Positions 12,287 through 24,371 of a stretch of DNA of 64,000 bases are shown piece by piece. The notes beneath the pieces were generated by a model, which saw nothing but the letters and a program-made list of their open reading frames with translations, was not told the origin of the DNA and ran no database searches. Source of the DNA: Chiloscyllium plagiosum (lineage: Eukaryota); the NCBI RefSeq assembly GCF_004010195.1, contig NC_057718.1:49112021-49176020 (forward strand). Reading direction: 5' to 3'. Made by a program: the position numbers and the translations under genes. Position 1 is the stretch's first letter. Every line of letters starts with the position of its first letter.

Positions 12287-12400
12287 TTTTGCCCGAAACG
12301 TCGATTTTGCTGCTCGTCGGATGCTGCCTGAATTGCTGTGCTCTTCCAGCACCACTGATCCAGAATCTGGTTTCCAGCATCTGCAGTCATTGTTTTTACC
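12287..12400 (+). mobile_element. PLE tail insertion (family A) with 9-bp TSD
   Basis: ttttgccCGAAACGTCgatt... flanked by tcaatacac at 12278-12286 and 12401-12409. Confidence 0.8.
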
Positions 12401-12432
12401 TCAATACACCCAGAGTCAGTGTGAATAGAGTC

Positions 12433-12554
12433 AGGAGAAAGTGAGGACTGCAGATGCTGGAGATCAAAGTTGACGGTGTCGTGCTGGAAAAGGTCAGGCA
12501 GCATCCGATGAGGATGATAAACAATGATTTGGGCCTCAGCTCTTGATCAGGAAT
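12433..12554 (-). mobile_element. PLE tail insertion (family A) with decayed hammerhead motif
   Basis: ggagaaagtgaggactgcagatgctggagatc...; reverse complement starts attcCTGATcAagagctgaggccc. Confidence 0.7.
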
Positions 12555-13499
12555 GAGCAGGGCCAGTACAACCAGAGTCAGTGTGAACAGGACCAGTACA
12601 CCCAGAGTCAGTGAACAGGGTCAGTAACCCAGAGTCAGTGAACAGGGTCAGTACACCCAGAGTCAGTGTGAACAGAGCCAGTACACCCAGAGTCAGTGTG
12701 AACAGAGCCAGTACACCCAGAGCCAGTGTTAACAGAGCCAGTATACCCACAATCAGTGTGAACAGGGCCAGTACAACCAGAGTGAAAGCAGCGAGAGTCA
12801 ATGTGAACAGCGTCAGTGGACGTGCAAGCAAAGCCAGTGAAACAAGGGCCAGTGCTGCCGGGACAGTTTTAATGAAAAGGAACAGCCAAGTCATCTCAAC
12901 CTGTTTTCCCCTTCGCACCCATTTGGTTACTCATTAAGAAATTGCACTCCTGTTTCGAAAACAGGAAGAAATCATTCAATACAGTTCCAAATGTGCAATA
13001 TTCCGCAACACTTACTAGTTGGAATTTTGAAGATAAACCAGACAGCAAAACAAAAACAAGGCAACCGGGTATTCCTCCCCAGCCTGTATTAAGTAACACC
13101 TCGAAGTTGTGCTGCCCTCAGCAGCATACGGCACAGCATATGGTGTTTGCAAGCAATTAAAAAAAAGCCCGCCAATGTTGCACTGGGAACTTTGAATTGG
13201 ACTTGACACGAATTCACTAGCAAAACCTGTAAAGTACAGCAAAAACAAAACGATGTGTCGAGCTGGAAATGATACTTTCTAAAACTTTTTTTGTTGTTTG
13301 AATTTGGTGGCAAATCTTATGGAATATGTTAAAAGAATCTGTGAATGGTTGGGTTAACGACGATGGGAACGAACACATGGCACGATGTCATTATTTAAAT
13401 CAAAGATTAAGCATGTCGTCGGAGATCATTTAACTTTTGCATGAAATCGTTTCGACATAGTTTATTCTTCCCACTACGAAAACATTTCACTAAACTGTA

Positions 13500-14040
13500 T
13501 GAAGTATGTATGCACTAGGAGGCAGGATTTGCTACTACTGCATATTATATGGGTACAATGCATGTTAGTTGCTTGTGAGCAGTCCCGGCAAGCATACCTG
13601 AAATAGGAGTAATCAATTGAGAGGAGTACAACATAGATTTCTAAGATGCCTGGACTTCAAGGGTTAAATAAGTTGGAGGAATGCAAAAATCGGGTTGTTG
13701 TCACTGGCATTTAGAAGTTTAAGGATGATTTGATCAGTTGCAAAATAAAAATAATTGATATAAAAATAATAATTGAGGTAAATTATTTCTGTTGGGAGTC
13801 TCGAACTAGGGATCATATTCTGAACATTGGAGCCAGCCAGACCTATCAGGAGTCAATTTTGGAAAGACTTTTACGTTTTAAAAAATGGCTAAAATTTGGA
13901 AGTCTCTTTCACAAATAACAGATGTTAGATAGATCTTAAATTTAAAACTGAGATTGATAGAATTTTGTTCTTTGAAGATTTGAAGGGATATTGAATGATG
14001 ATTCAGACTTGAAGGGCTAAATGACCAATTCTTGTTCCTC
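13500..14040 (+). mobile_element. Old CR1 3' fragment
   Basis: ggagtctcgaactagggatcat (ESRTRDH); gacttgaagggctaaatgacc tail. Confidence 0.6.
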
Positions 14041-14139
14041 AGGGTGGGAGATTACATACCAGCAGTAAGGGCAGCTCTTCACTGTACATTTTTTTTTGGA
14101 AAGGCAGGTTTCTTTTTCCTGTGAAAAATATTCCTGTGC

Positions 14140-14510
14140 AGGTTGCTAATGGTTCAAGTCCAACTCTAGCACCTTCAGCACATAATATAGGCTGCAATGT
14201 AAGAGCAATATTGAAGGAATGATGCGGATCTGTTATATTTCAGATGAGACTTTAAGTAGATCCCCTGTAAGAGAATCTGTGGCATTGTTTGTCAAGAGTA
14301 AGGGAATCTTCCTGATCGTGAACCAATATTCAAACCTCATTCAAATAATTAAAACAGCTTATCTGTTCATTACCATACTGCTATTTTCACAACTTGCTGT
14401 ATGCAAATTGGTTGCATTGTTTCCTTCATTGCCCCATTGACCACATGTTGAAAGTATTTTATTTACTGAAAAAAGCTTTGCAAAGTTTCATTGAAAGTCT
14501 TCCTTTAGTT
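14140..14510 (+). mobile_element. DeuSINE (SacSINE1-like)
   Basis: B-box ggttcaagtcc; Deu-domain-like tttcagatgagactttaa...ccaatatt...aaaacagcttatctgttcatt...cttgctgtatgcaaattggttgc. Confidence 0.7.
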
Positions 14511-14844
14511 TGTTTAAAAATGTAAATAATGTTACTTGAACTGATGTAATCATCAAGCATCTTTCACAACAAAAGTACTGCCAGCATTTAAGTAGGGGGA
14601 AATTCTAATTGGTAATTCCCTCAAAGCTGCTCCCACTCCATTGACATAATTGTGAAGGAAATCTGGCATAAACCCTGTTTAAGTTGCTTTTCTGGTAAAA
14701 TTATACCAGTGGAATGGAATAGGTTGGAGGAAACTCCCAGCCTATGTGTTCAAATTTAGACTTTTAAGAAAAATTCCACGCCACACGAAGCTTTTTGTGA
14801 TAAAGCTTTGTAATGTTCGTGAGCTCTTTATTTATGTTTTCCTC

Positions 14845-15672
14845 AAATAGCACTGTCTTATTCATCTACAATACACTGCTCCAGGCTAACTTAATACTTA
14901 TGACTTATTGATTTTTGAGACGATTTGTAGCTCAGGTTGAGATTTTGGATGTAGGTTTGCTCACTGAGCTGAAAGGTTCATTTCCAGACGTTTTATTACC
15001 TTACTAGGTAACATCTTCGGTAGATCTCACACGAAGCAATACTGAAAATTCCTGCTCTCTATTTATATGTTTGGGTTTCTTTGGGTTGGTGATCGCATGA
15101 GGTTCACTGAAGATGTTACCTAGTAAGGTTATGACTTATATTTTTTAAGTTTAATCAAGAGACATATCCCAATAAAACATATAATCAAGAAAGAGCCCAC
15201 TCTACACACGACTGCAGACTTACTGTAAGGCCACACTTAAAAGTAGCACTTATCTGTATCTATGCTGTGGCCTCTCCCAAACAGGTTCCTCCGAGATCTG
15301 TTGTGAATTTCACTGTTTGTTAGTTTTCCCAGATGCAGTCCGATGTCCAGCGATACATTAATTCAAAAAGCAAAGGCAGTAACTGCACAGGTTCACTGCT
15401 GTGTCAGGGAGCAGTATGAGTTTCTCTCTCTCTCTCTCTCTCTCTCCTGCACTGCCTGACCATTGCTGCCTTTGTCTGGTCCTCTCCCTTTTAAAAAGCT
15501 TCTGTTTTGACTTTTTTTTTCCTCCAAAGTTCCAAAACAATGCAACAGCATATAAAACAGTAATTGCTGCTCCTGGAATTCGAGGAAATCGCCTCCAACA
15601 ACTAAAATACCTCAAAAAAGGAGCAACCTGTTGCAGCCAGAAATTTTTCCCATCCTCCATCTTGGATTACCA
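14845..15672 (-). mobile_element. Inverted 5' segment of the adjacent CR1 LINE
   Basis: Directly homologous to 39130-39688, the 5' end of the minus-strand CR1. Confidence 0.8.
14909..15128 (-). mobile_element. PLE insertion (family C) with inverted hammerhead-like repeat and 11-bp TSD
   Basis: ttatgacttat at 14898-14908 and 15129-15139; gaagatgttacctagtaaggt occurs in both orientations. Confidence 0.8.
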
Positions 15673-16853
15673 ATTAGGGGGTGATGGATTCTCAGGGGAA
15701 TATAGCACCAACAGCCAAGTTCCTGGTATCAAGACTAGCTCTAATGCAACGAGAGGTACATTGGGTTCCAAGAGATCAATTGTGTTAGGGGACTCTCCAG
15801 TCCGAGGAACATAAAGACAATTCTGTGGCAGCTGCAAAAAATCAGAATGGTGTGTTGCCTCCCTGGTACCAGGATCAAGGATGGCTCAGTGAGGGTGCAG
15901 AATGTTCTCAAGGGGGAGAGGGGCCAGCAGGAGGTCATTGTCCACATTGAAACCAATGACATAGGAAGCAAAAAGGATGAGATTCTTAAGGGAGATTATA
16001 GGGAGTTAGGCAGGAATTTAAAAAGGAGGTCCTCGAGAGGAGTAATATCTGGATTACTCCTGGTGCTACAAAACAGTGAAGGCAGGAATAGGAGGATGGA
16101 GAAGATGAATGCATGGCTGAGGAGCTGGTATGGAAGAAGGATTCACTTTTTGGATCATTGGAATCTCTTCTGGGTTAAAAGTGAACTGGCACGAGAAGGA
16201 CGGATTGCACCTAAATTGGAAGGGGACTAATATACGGCAGGGAGATTTGACAGAGCTGCTCGGGAGGACTTAACAAGTAAGGTGTGTGTGTGTGTGTGTG
16301 TGTTGGGGGGGGGAGGGTGTGGGCAGGAAGATAGTGAGGAAAGAGATCAATCTAAGACTGGTACAGTTGAGAAAAGAAGTGAGTCAAACAGTCAGAGCAG
16401 GCAGGGACAAAGCAGAGAATAAGATAGGACTGATAAATTACACTGCATTTATTTCAATGCAACAGGGAAGGCAGATGAACTCAGCGCATGGTTAGGAACA
16501 GGGACTGGGAATAGCAAATACAGAAACATGGCTCAGGGATGGAAAAGACTGGCAGCTTAATGTTTCAGGATACAAATGCAACAGGAAGGACAGAAAGGGA
16601 AGCAAGAGAAGAGGGGGAGTGGTGTTTTTGATATGGGATAGTATTTCAACTGTACTGAGGGAGGATATTCACGGAAATACATCCAGAGAAGTTACTTGGA
16701 TTGAACTGAGAAATAAGAAAGGGATGATCACCTTATTGGGATTGTGTTTTATAGACCCTCTCATAGTTAGCAGGAAATTGAGAAGCAAATTTGTAAGGAG
16801 ATCTCAGTTATCTGTAAGAATAATAGGGTGGTTATGGTAGGGGACTTTAACTT

Positions 16854-16979
16854 GAAGAAAGTGAGGACTGCAGATGCTGGAGATCAGAGCTGAAAAATGT
16901 GTTGCTGGAAAAGCGCAGCAGGTCAGGCAGCATCCAAGGAGCAGGAGAATCGACGTTTCGGGCATAAGCCCTTCTTCAG
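16854..16979 (-). mobile_element. PLE tail insertion (family A) with intact hammerhead core and 13-bp TSD
   Basis: gggactttaactt (16841-16853) / gggattttaactt (16980-16992); insert absent from the paralogous CR1 at ~27352. Confidence 0.85.
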
Positions 16980-16980
16980 G
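16948..16980 (-). ncRNA. Minimal type-I hammerhead ribozyme motif
   Basis: CUGAAGA-A-GGGC(UUAU)GCCC-GAAA-C-GUC; palindromic ACGU replaces stem III. Confidence 0.7.
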
Positions 16981-19219
16981 GGATTTTAACTTTCCAAACA
17001 TAGACTGAGACTGCATAGTGTTAAGGGTTAAATGGAGAGGAATTTATTAAGTGTGTACAAGAAAATTTTCTGATTCAGTATGTGGATGTACCTACTAGAG
17101 AAGGTGCAAATCTTGACCTACTCTTGGGAAATAAGGCAGGGCAGGTGACTGGGGTGTCATTGGAGGAACTCTTAGGAGCCAGCAACCGTAATTCGATTAG
17201 TTCTAAAATAGTGAAGGAAAAGGTAGACCAGGTCTAAAAATTCAAGTTTGAAATTGGAGCAAGGCTAATTTTGACAGCATAAGGCTAGAACTTTCAAAAG
17301 CTGATTGGGGGGCAGATGTTCGCAGGTAAAGGGACGGCTGGAAAATGGGAAGCATTCAGAATTGAGATAACGAGAGCCCAGAGACAGTATATTCCTGTTA
17401 GGGTGAAAGGAAAGGCTGGTAGGTGTAGGGAATGCTGGATGACTGATGAAATTGAGAGTTTGGTGAAGAAAATGTCAGGTGCAAACAGCAGAGATCAAGT
17501 GAATCCTTAGAAGAGTATAAAGGCGGTAGGAATACATTTAAGAGGGAAATCAGGAGGGCAAAAAGGGGACATGAGATAGCTTTGGCAAATAGAATTAAGG
17601 AGAATCCAAAGGGTTTTTACAAATACATTAAGGACATAAGGGTAACTAGGGAGAGAATAGGGCCCCTCAAAGATCAGCAAGGCGGCCTTTGTGTGGAGCC
17701 ACAGGAGATGGGGGAGATACTAAATGAGTATTTTGCATCAGTATTTACTGTGGAAAAGGAGATGAAAGGTGTAGAATGTAGGGAAATAGATGGTGACATC
17801 TTGAAAAATGCCCATATTACAGAGAAGGAAGTGCTGGATGTCTTGGAACCTATAAAGGTGGATAAGTGCCCATGAGCTGATCAGGTGTACCCTGGAACTC
17901 TGTGGAAAGCTAGAGAAGTGATTGCTGGGCCCCTTGCTGAGATATTTGTATCATCGATAGTCACAGGTGAGGTGCTGGAAGACTGGAGGTTGGCTAACAT
18001 GGTGCCACTGTTTAAGAAGGGTGGTAAGAACAAGCCAGGGAACTATAGATCAGTGAGCCTGACGTCAGTGGTGGGCAAGTTGTTGCAGGGAATCCTGAGG
18101 GACAGGATGTACATGTATTTGGAAAGGCAAGGACTGATTCGGGATAGTCAACATGGCTTTATGCATGGGAAATCATGTCTCATAAATTTGATTGAGTTTT
18201 TTGAAGAAGTAACAAAGAGAATTGATGAGGGCAGAGTGGTGGATGAGATCTATGTGGACTTCAGTAAGGCGTTCGACAACTGGTTGGCTGGGAGGCTGGT
18301 TGGCAAGGTTAGATCTCTTGCAATACAAGGACAACTAGTCATTTGGATACAGAACTGGCTCAAAGGTAGAAGACAGGGGATGGTGGTGGAGGGTTGTTTT
18401 TAGACTGGAGGCCTATGACCAGTGGAGTGCCACATGGATTGTTGCTGTGTCCACTACTTTTCATCATTTATATAAATTATTTGGAAATGTGCATAAGAGG
18501 TACAGTTAGTAAGTTTGCAGATGACACCAAAATTAGAGGTGTGGTGGACAACGAAGAAGGTTACCTTGGATTACAATGGGATCTTGATCAGATGGGCCAA
18601 TGGGCTGAGGAGTGGCAGATGAGGTTTAATTGAGATAAATGCAAGGGGCTACATTTTGGGAAAGCAAATCTTAGCAGGGCTTATGCACTTAATGGTAAGG
18701 TCCTAGGGAGTGTTGCTGAACAAAGAGACTTTGGAGTGCAGGTTCATAGCTCCTTGAAAGTAGAATTGCAGGTAGATCGGGTAGTGAAGAAGGCATTTGG
18801 TATGCTTTCCTTTATTAGTCAGAGTATTGAGTACAGGAGTTGGGAGGTCATGTTGCGGCTGTACAGGATATTGATTTGGCCACTTTTGGAATATTGCATG
18901 AGATTCTGGTCTCCTTCCTGTCAGAAGGGTGTTGTGAAACTTGAAAGGGTTCAGAAAAGATTTACAAGGATGTTACCAGGGTTGGGGGATTTGAGCTTTA
19001 GGGAGAGGTTCAATAGGCTGGGGCTGTTTTCCCTGGAGCTTCAGAGGCTGAGGAGTGACCTTATAGAGGTTTATAAAATCATGAGGGGCATGGATAGGGT
19101 AAATAGACAAAGTCTTTTCCTTGAAGTGGAGGAGTCCAGAACTAGAGGTCATAGGTTTAGGGTGAGAGGGGAAAGATATAAAAGGGACCTAAGAGGCAAC
19201 TTTTTTGCGCAGAGGGTTT

Positions 19220-19537
19220 TTATTTTATTAGATTCCCTACAGTGTGGAAACAGGCACTTTGGCCCAACAAATCCACACCGACCCTCCGAAGAGTAACCCA
19301 CCCAGACCCATTTCCCTCTGACTAATGCACCTAACACTATGGGCAATTTATCATGGCCAATTCACCTGACCTGCACATCTTTGGACTGTGGGAGGAAATG
19401 GGAGCACCCGGAGGAACCCACGCAGACACAGGGAGAATGTGCAAACTCCACACAGACAGTTACCCAAGGCTGGAATCGAACCTGAGACCCTGGTGCTGTG
19501 AGGCAACAGTGCTAACCACTGAGCCACCGTGCCACCC
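19220..19537 (-). mobile_element. HE1 SINE, full length, nested in CR1
   Basis: Minus strand gggtggcacggtggctcagtggttagcac...ggttcgattcc...gtagggaatctaa. Confidence 0.92.
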
Positions 19538-20214
19538 TTACGTGTTATGTGTATGGAATGAGCTGCCATAGGAAGTGTTGGAGGCTAATACAATTGCAAC
19601 ATTTAAAAGGCATCTGGATGGGTATATGAATAGGAAGGGTTTGGAGGGATATGGGCCGGGTGCTGACAGGTGGGACTAGATTGGGTTGGGATATCTGGTC
19701 GGTATGGATGAGTTGGACCAAAGGGCCTGTTTCTGTGCTGTACATCTCTATGACTCTGACTCTAACTAAATAGATTACATGAACTTACAGGATGGGAACT
19801 GGTTGAATGGCCCCACAAGCCTGTCATGTTCTGTAGTTCGTACAGTTGTGATTCATTCTCTGTGCAATAAAATTGTAACTTATGGCTAAATCTTACATTG
19901 TTTGGCAGAATATCAGTCATGCACGTTCTTGGAGGGATTTTTTTGCTGTGATGTCTAGCCAGATCTCTAACTATGTCTTATCAAAATCACCTCATTCCCA
20001 ACTTTCCCTGCCCCTTGGTATTCCTCTTGCTGGATTCTAACCCCGTCTCAACACTTGCTGTTTCTGAAACAACTCACCAATCACTGGATATTGGCTGAAA
20101 AACCGGCATATCTGGCATTTTAAAAAGGCTGCTGTGCACCCGGGCAAACTTTAGCAACCTGGTGTTACCCCTCACTGGCAATGTAATAACACAGCAGCCA
20201 CACTGCTCGGGACT

Positions 20215-20690
20215 CATAAAGTCACGGAATTGCTACAGCATGGAAGGTGGCCATTTGGCCTATCATGCCTGCATTTGCTTTTCACACAAGCATCCCTGTT
20301 TAGTGCCAATCTCCGATGTTTTTGTCATACCCTTGCACACCATTTCTATCCAATTAATCATCCAATACCCTTTTGAAATCCTCAACTGAACATGCCTCCA
20401 TCACATTTCCAGGCAGTGCATTCCGTACTTTAAATACTCACTGTGTGGAAATGTTTTTTCTCACATCCATCTTCCTTCTTTGCACATCACTTTAAATCAA
20501 TGCCTTTACATTCTTGTTCCTTCTACAAACTGGAACAGCTTCTCCCAATCTATTCTGTTCAACCTGCTTTTGATTTTGAAACTCTGTATCAAATCTCTTC
20601 ACAGCCTTCTCCTCTCAAAGGAGAACAGTCCCAACTTCTTCACTCTATCCTCACAGCTGATGTTTCTTAGTACTGGAACCAAAGTCATTG
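20215..20690 (-). mobile_element. CR1 3' fragment
   Basis: ccaggcagtgcattcc...ctgtgtggaaatg; aaatctcttcacagccttctcctctc. Confidence 0.7.
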
Positions 20691-21279
20691 TTTAACCAAA
20701 GGCTAGTTTACCTGTCCTTAACAACATCTTCTCTAAATGCCTTCTCTAGGTCACCATTTTTCCTCCCCACTGACATTTGTCATTGCCCAATAGAAGAACA
20801 TCACTTCCAAGCGAGTAATCAGACAATTCCAAAGATGAGCTTCAATTTGAATTCAGGAAATGCAAATGCATATAAAGTGAATAGAGGATGCAGTTCACCT
20901 CATCAATGCAAACTAAATGCTGATGACCAGCAACTATTTAACATTCCATGATGATCTGCTGCACCCAGCTCTCATCTGCTGGAACAAGGTAACAATTAAA
21001 TCCCGTTTTACTTGTAACACAGAAAACAGCTAAGTTCTGACATGCACAAGGAAAGTTTCCTCCTCCCCATTGTCCTCATTCTCCTCTCAGTTCCTTCACA
21101 TCCATCCCATCGCTTTGTCACTTGCTTCAATTGTGCAGAGCACAGCAATCCAGGGTGGTGCAGCACATCCTGTGCGGTCTATACTGACCCCTATCCTATC
21201 CCAAGCAGCTGAGTCTTATCTTCAGCATTTCTATCATCTGCTCCACTGTGGCACTGGTCAAAGTATTTAACAGTTGTTC

Positions 21280-21530
21280 AATGTGTCATCAATCACGGTT
21301 GCAATGGATCACCCTTATCCCTAAGAACCAACCTTGCAAGGGACCTGGACCCTCAAACAAACCAGATTCATGAGAGTGCTTCAGGGTGTAGAAGTCATGT
21401 CAGTTGTTTGGCAACTGGCAAGCATGTCCAGGAAATGGTAATAGTGGTCACAGATCACCTGAACATCAATCAAATGGAACTACTTCCTGTTGATGAATTT
21501 AGCAATGTTGTGATATGGCACTGTCACTGA
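21280..21530 (-). mobile_element. PIF/Harbinger (HARBI1-like) DDE transposase remnant, catalytic part
   Basis: Minus translation KFINRK*FHLIDVQVICDH and GWFL(G)DKGDPLQP*LMT resemble NRKGxHSxNVQxVCD and GWLLGDxGYPLxPWLMT. Confidence 0.8.
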
Positions 21531-21654
21531 GTCCATTATTTATAATGTTAGTGAGGTCTTTTTTCACATTTTCCTTATTAATTCTGTAGTTAAATAGACA
21601 GAGGAACTTACTATACAGAAACAGATCAAATGGCCCAACAAATCTGTAACTTAG

Positions 21655-22590
21655 GGCTGAATCTTAGTCATATTAAGGATGAGATTATGGAGTACTTCGA
21701 TGTACTTGGTAAAATAAGGCTGAATCAGCATTGTTTCATTAAGGGGTGGTCGTACCTGACAGATTTGTTTGAAATCGTTGAGGTGGTAATGAGCAAGTTA
21801 GACAAAGGAGAGTCTGTGGATGTGATCTATTTGGATTTCCAGAAGGCCTTTGACAAAGTGATGCACAGGAGACTGCTAAACAAGATAAGAACCCGTGGTG
21901 TTAGGGACTAGCATGGATAGAGGATTGGCTGATTGGCAGAAGGCAGAGAGAGAGAAGATAAATGAAATTGTTTTCATACCAGTGGAGTTCTGCAGGGATG
22001 AGTGTTGGGATGACAGCGATTCACGTTTTACATTAATGATCTGGATGTTGGAACTGAGAGCATTGTTACTAAGTTTGCAGATGACACAAGGATAGGTACA
22101 GGGACGGGTAGTGTTGAGGAAGTGGGGAGGTTGCAGAAGGTCCTGGACAGGCTAAGAAAGTAGGAAAAGAAGTAGCATATGGAATACAATATGAGAAATT
22201 GTGAAAAATGCACCTTGGTGAGAAGAATAGAAGCACAGACTGAGGAAAGACTTCAAACATAGAAAGCACAAGTCCTGTTTCAGGATTCTCATAAAGTTAA
22301 CATGCAGGTTCAGTTGGCAGTTAGGAAGCAAATGCAATGTTAGCTTTCATTTCAGGAGGGCTAGAATACAAGAACAGAGATGTACTGCCAAGGTTGTATA
22401 AGGCTCTGGTCAGACCACATTTGGAATATTGTGAGCAGTTTTGCGTCCCATATCTGAGGAAGGATATGCTGGTATTGGACGGGGCTCAGAGAAGTTTATA
22501 AGAATGATTGTGGGATGAATGCCTTGTCACATGATGAGCGGTTGAAGACACTGTGTCTGTAGTTGACGAAGTTTAAACGGATGCAGGGAA
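21655..22590 (+). mobile_element. CR1 RT fragment
   Basis: VDVIYLDFQKAFDKV, KFADDT, VRPHLEYC. Confidence 0.9.
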
Positions 22591-22843
22591 GATTAGATTC
22601 CCTACAGGGTGGAAATAGGCCCTTCGGCCCAACAAGTCCACACTTACTGTCCGAAGTGTAACCCATCCAGACCCATTTCCCTCTGACTAATGAACCTAAC
22701 ACTATGGATAATTTAGCATAGCAAATACACCTGACCTGCACATCTTTGTGACTGTGGGAGGAAACCCACACAGACACAGGGAGAATGTGCAAATTCCACA
22801 CAGACAGTTACCCAAGGCTGGGATCGAACCTGGGACCCTGGGA
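22591..22843 (-). mobile_element. HE1 SINE, 5'-truncated
   Basis: V-domain and tail match other copies. Confidence 0.88.
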
Positions 22844-22849
22844 CCCCCA

Positions 22850-24370
22850 TCACCTTGAACCTGTGACCACTAGTAATTGACCCCTTCACTCTTGGAAAAA
22901 GCCTCATTCTTTCCAATTTATCCATGCCACTCACAATTTTATAAACTTCTATCAGGCTGCCCCTCAACCTCCTGCATTTCAGTGAAAACAAAACCAGTCT
23001 ATGCAACATCCTGGTAAACTGTTTCTGTACCCACTCCAAAGCATCCACATCCTTCTGGTAGATGATGACCAGAACTATATGCAATATTCCATGTGTGACC
23101 TCACTAAAGTTCTATAAAGCTGCAGCATAACGTGTCTACCCTTATACTCAATGTCCCTTCCAATGAAGGCAAGCATGCCATAAGCATTTTTTACTATCTT
23201 ATCAACTTTCAGTAATCTTGGACCTGCACACCCAGATCCTTCTGCATATCAATGCTCCTAACGGTTTCTGCCATCCACTGTATAATGTTCACCTGTACTT
23301 GACCTTCCAAAATGCATCACCTCACATTTGTTTGGATTAAATCCATTGATCAATTTTCTGCCCATGTCTCCAACTGATCTATACCCTGCTGTATCCTCTG
23401 ACAATCCTCCTCACTACCTGTAACACCAACAATCTTTGTATTGTCTGCAAACTTACAAACTAGACCAGCTACATTTTCCTCCAAATCATTTATGTAGGCC
23501 ATGAATAGCAGACGTCCCAGCACCAATCCCTGTGGAACATCACTCATCACAACCCTTCATTCCAAAAAGCATTTTTCCACCGCTACTGTCGGTCTCCAAT
23601 GACTAAGCCAGTTCTGTATCCATCTTGCCAGCTTGTCCCTGATACCATGTGACTTAACATTTTGTACCAGTCTGCAATGAGGGACCTTGTCCATGTAGAC
23701 AACATAAAGCACTTTTCCCTCATCAATCATCTTCGTCACCACCTCAAAAAACTCCAACACTTTAGTGAGGCACGACCTCCCCTGCACACTTATCACCAAT
23801 AAGTCCATTTGCTTCTAAATCTGTATAGACCTTGTCCCTGAGAATTAGATTAGATTAGATTACATTACATTACAGTGTGGAAACAGGCCCTTCGGCCCAA
23901 CAGGTCCACACCGACCCGCCGAAGCGCAACCCACCCATACCCCTACATTTACCCCTTACCTAACACTACGGGCAATTTAGCACTGCCAATTCACCTGACC
24001 TGCACATCTTTGGACTGTGGGAGGAAACCGGAGCACCCGGAGGAAACCCACGCAGACACGGGGAGGACATGCAAACTCCACACAGTCAGTCGCCTGAGGC
24101 GGGAATTGAACCCGGGTCTCAGGCGCTGTGAGATAATTTTCCTACCACTAACGTGAGGGTCACAGACCTGTAATTTCATGGATTACCCGTGTTACCCTTC
24201 TTAAACAATGGAACAGCATTGGTTATTCACCAGTTCTCTGAGATCTCACCTGTGGCCAAAGAGGATATGAAGATGCTTTGTCAATGCTCCAACAATTTGT
24301 TCTCTTGCATCCCTGAATCCTCTCGGTGAGATCCCATGAGGATGCAGGGACTTATCTACTTTAACACTTC
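22850..24370 (-). mobile_element. CR1 RT fragment interrupted by HE1
   Basis: ORFs VPQGLVLG...KFADNTK; LEWVQKQFTRML. Confidence 0.88.
23844..24132 (-). mobile_element. HE1 SINE (young subfamily), 5'-truncated
   Basis: Near identical to 40636-40955; (gatta)n tail. Confidence 0.92.
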
Positions 24371-24371
24371 C

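Larger units (their letters stand above)
12010..12812. repeat. ~30-bp minisatellite (cagtacacccagagtcagtgtgaacagggt), interrupted by two PLE-tail insertions
   Basis: About 17-18 imperfect tandem units in two blocks (12010-12286, 12555-12812) plus one unit at ~12401-12432. Confidence 0.9.
15674..19765 (+). mobile_element. HER1/CR1 LINE, near full length, decayed (ORF1 SGNH esterase; ORF2 endonuclease + RT)
   Basis: VLGDSPVRG / MVCCLPG / VHIETND (esterase), PGNYRSVSLTS, YVDFSKAFD, KFADDTK (RT), ctctatgactct tail; stops and frameshifts. Confidence 0.95.

Noticed and set aside
11964..12937. Repetitive ORFs (TLFTLTL, RVSVNR) and a superficially CRISPR-like array
   Set aside because: Translations of a 30-bp minisatellite; no unique spacers or cas genes, and the context is eukaryotic.
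19500..19537. HE1 heads as tRNA genes
   Set aside because: tRNA-derived SINE promoters that continue into the V-domain and LINE tail; no complete cloverleaf.
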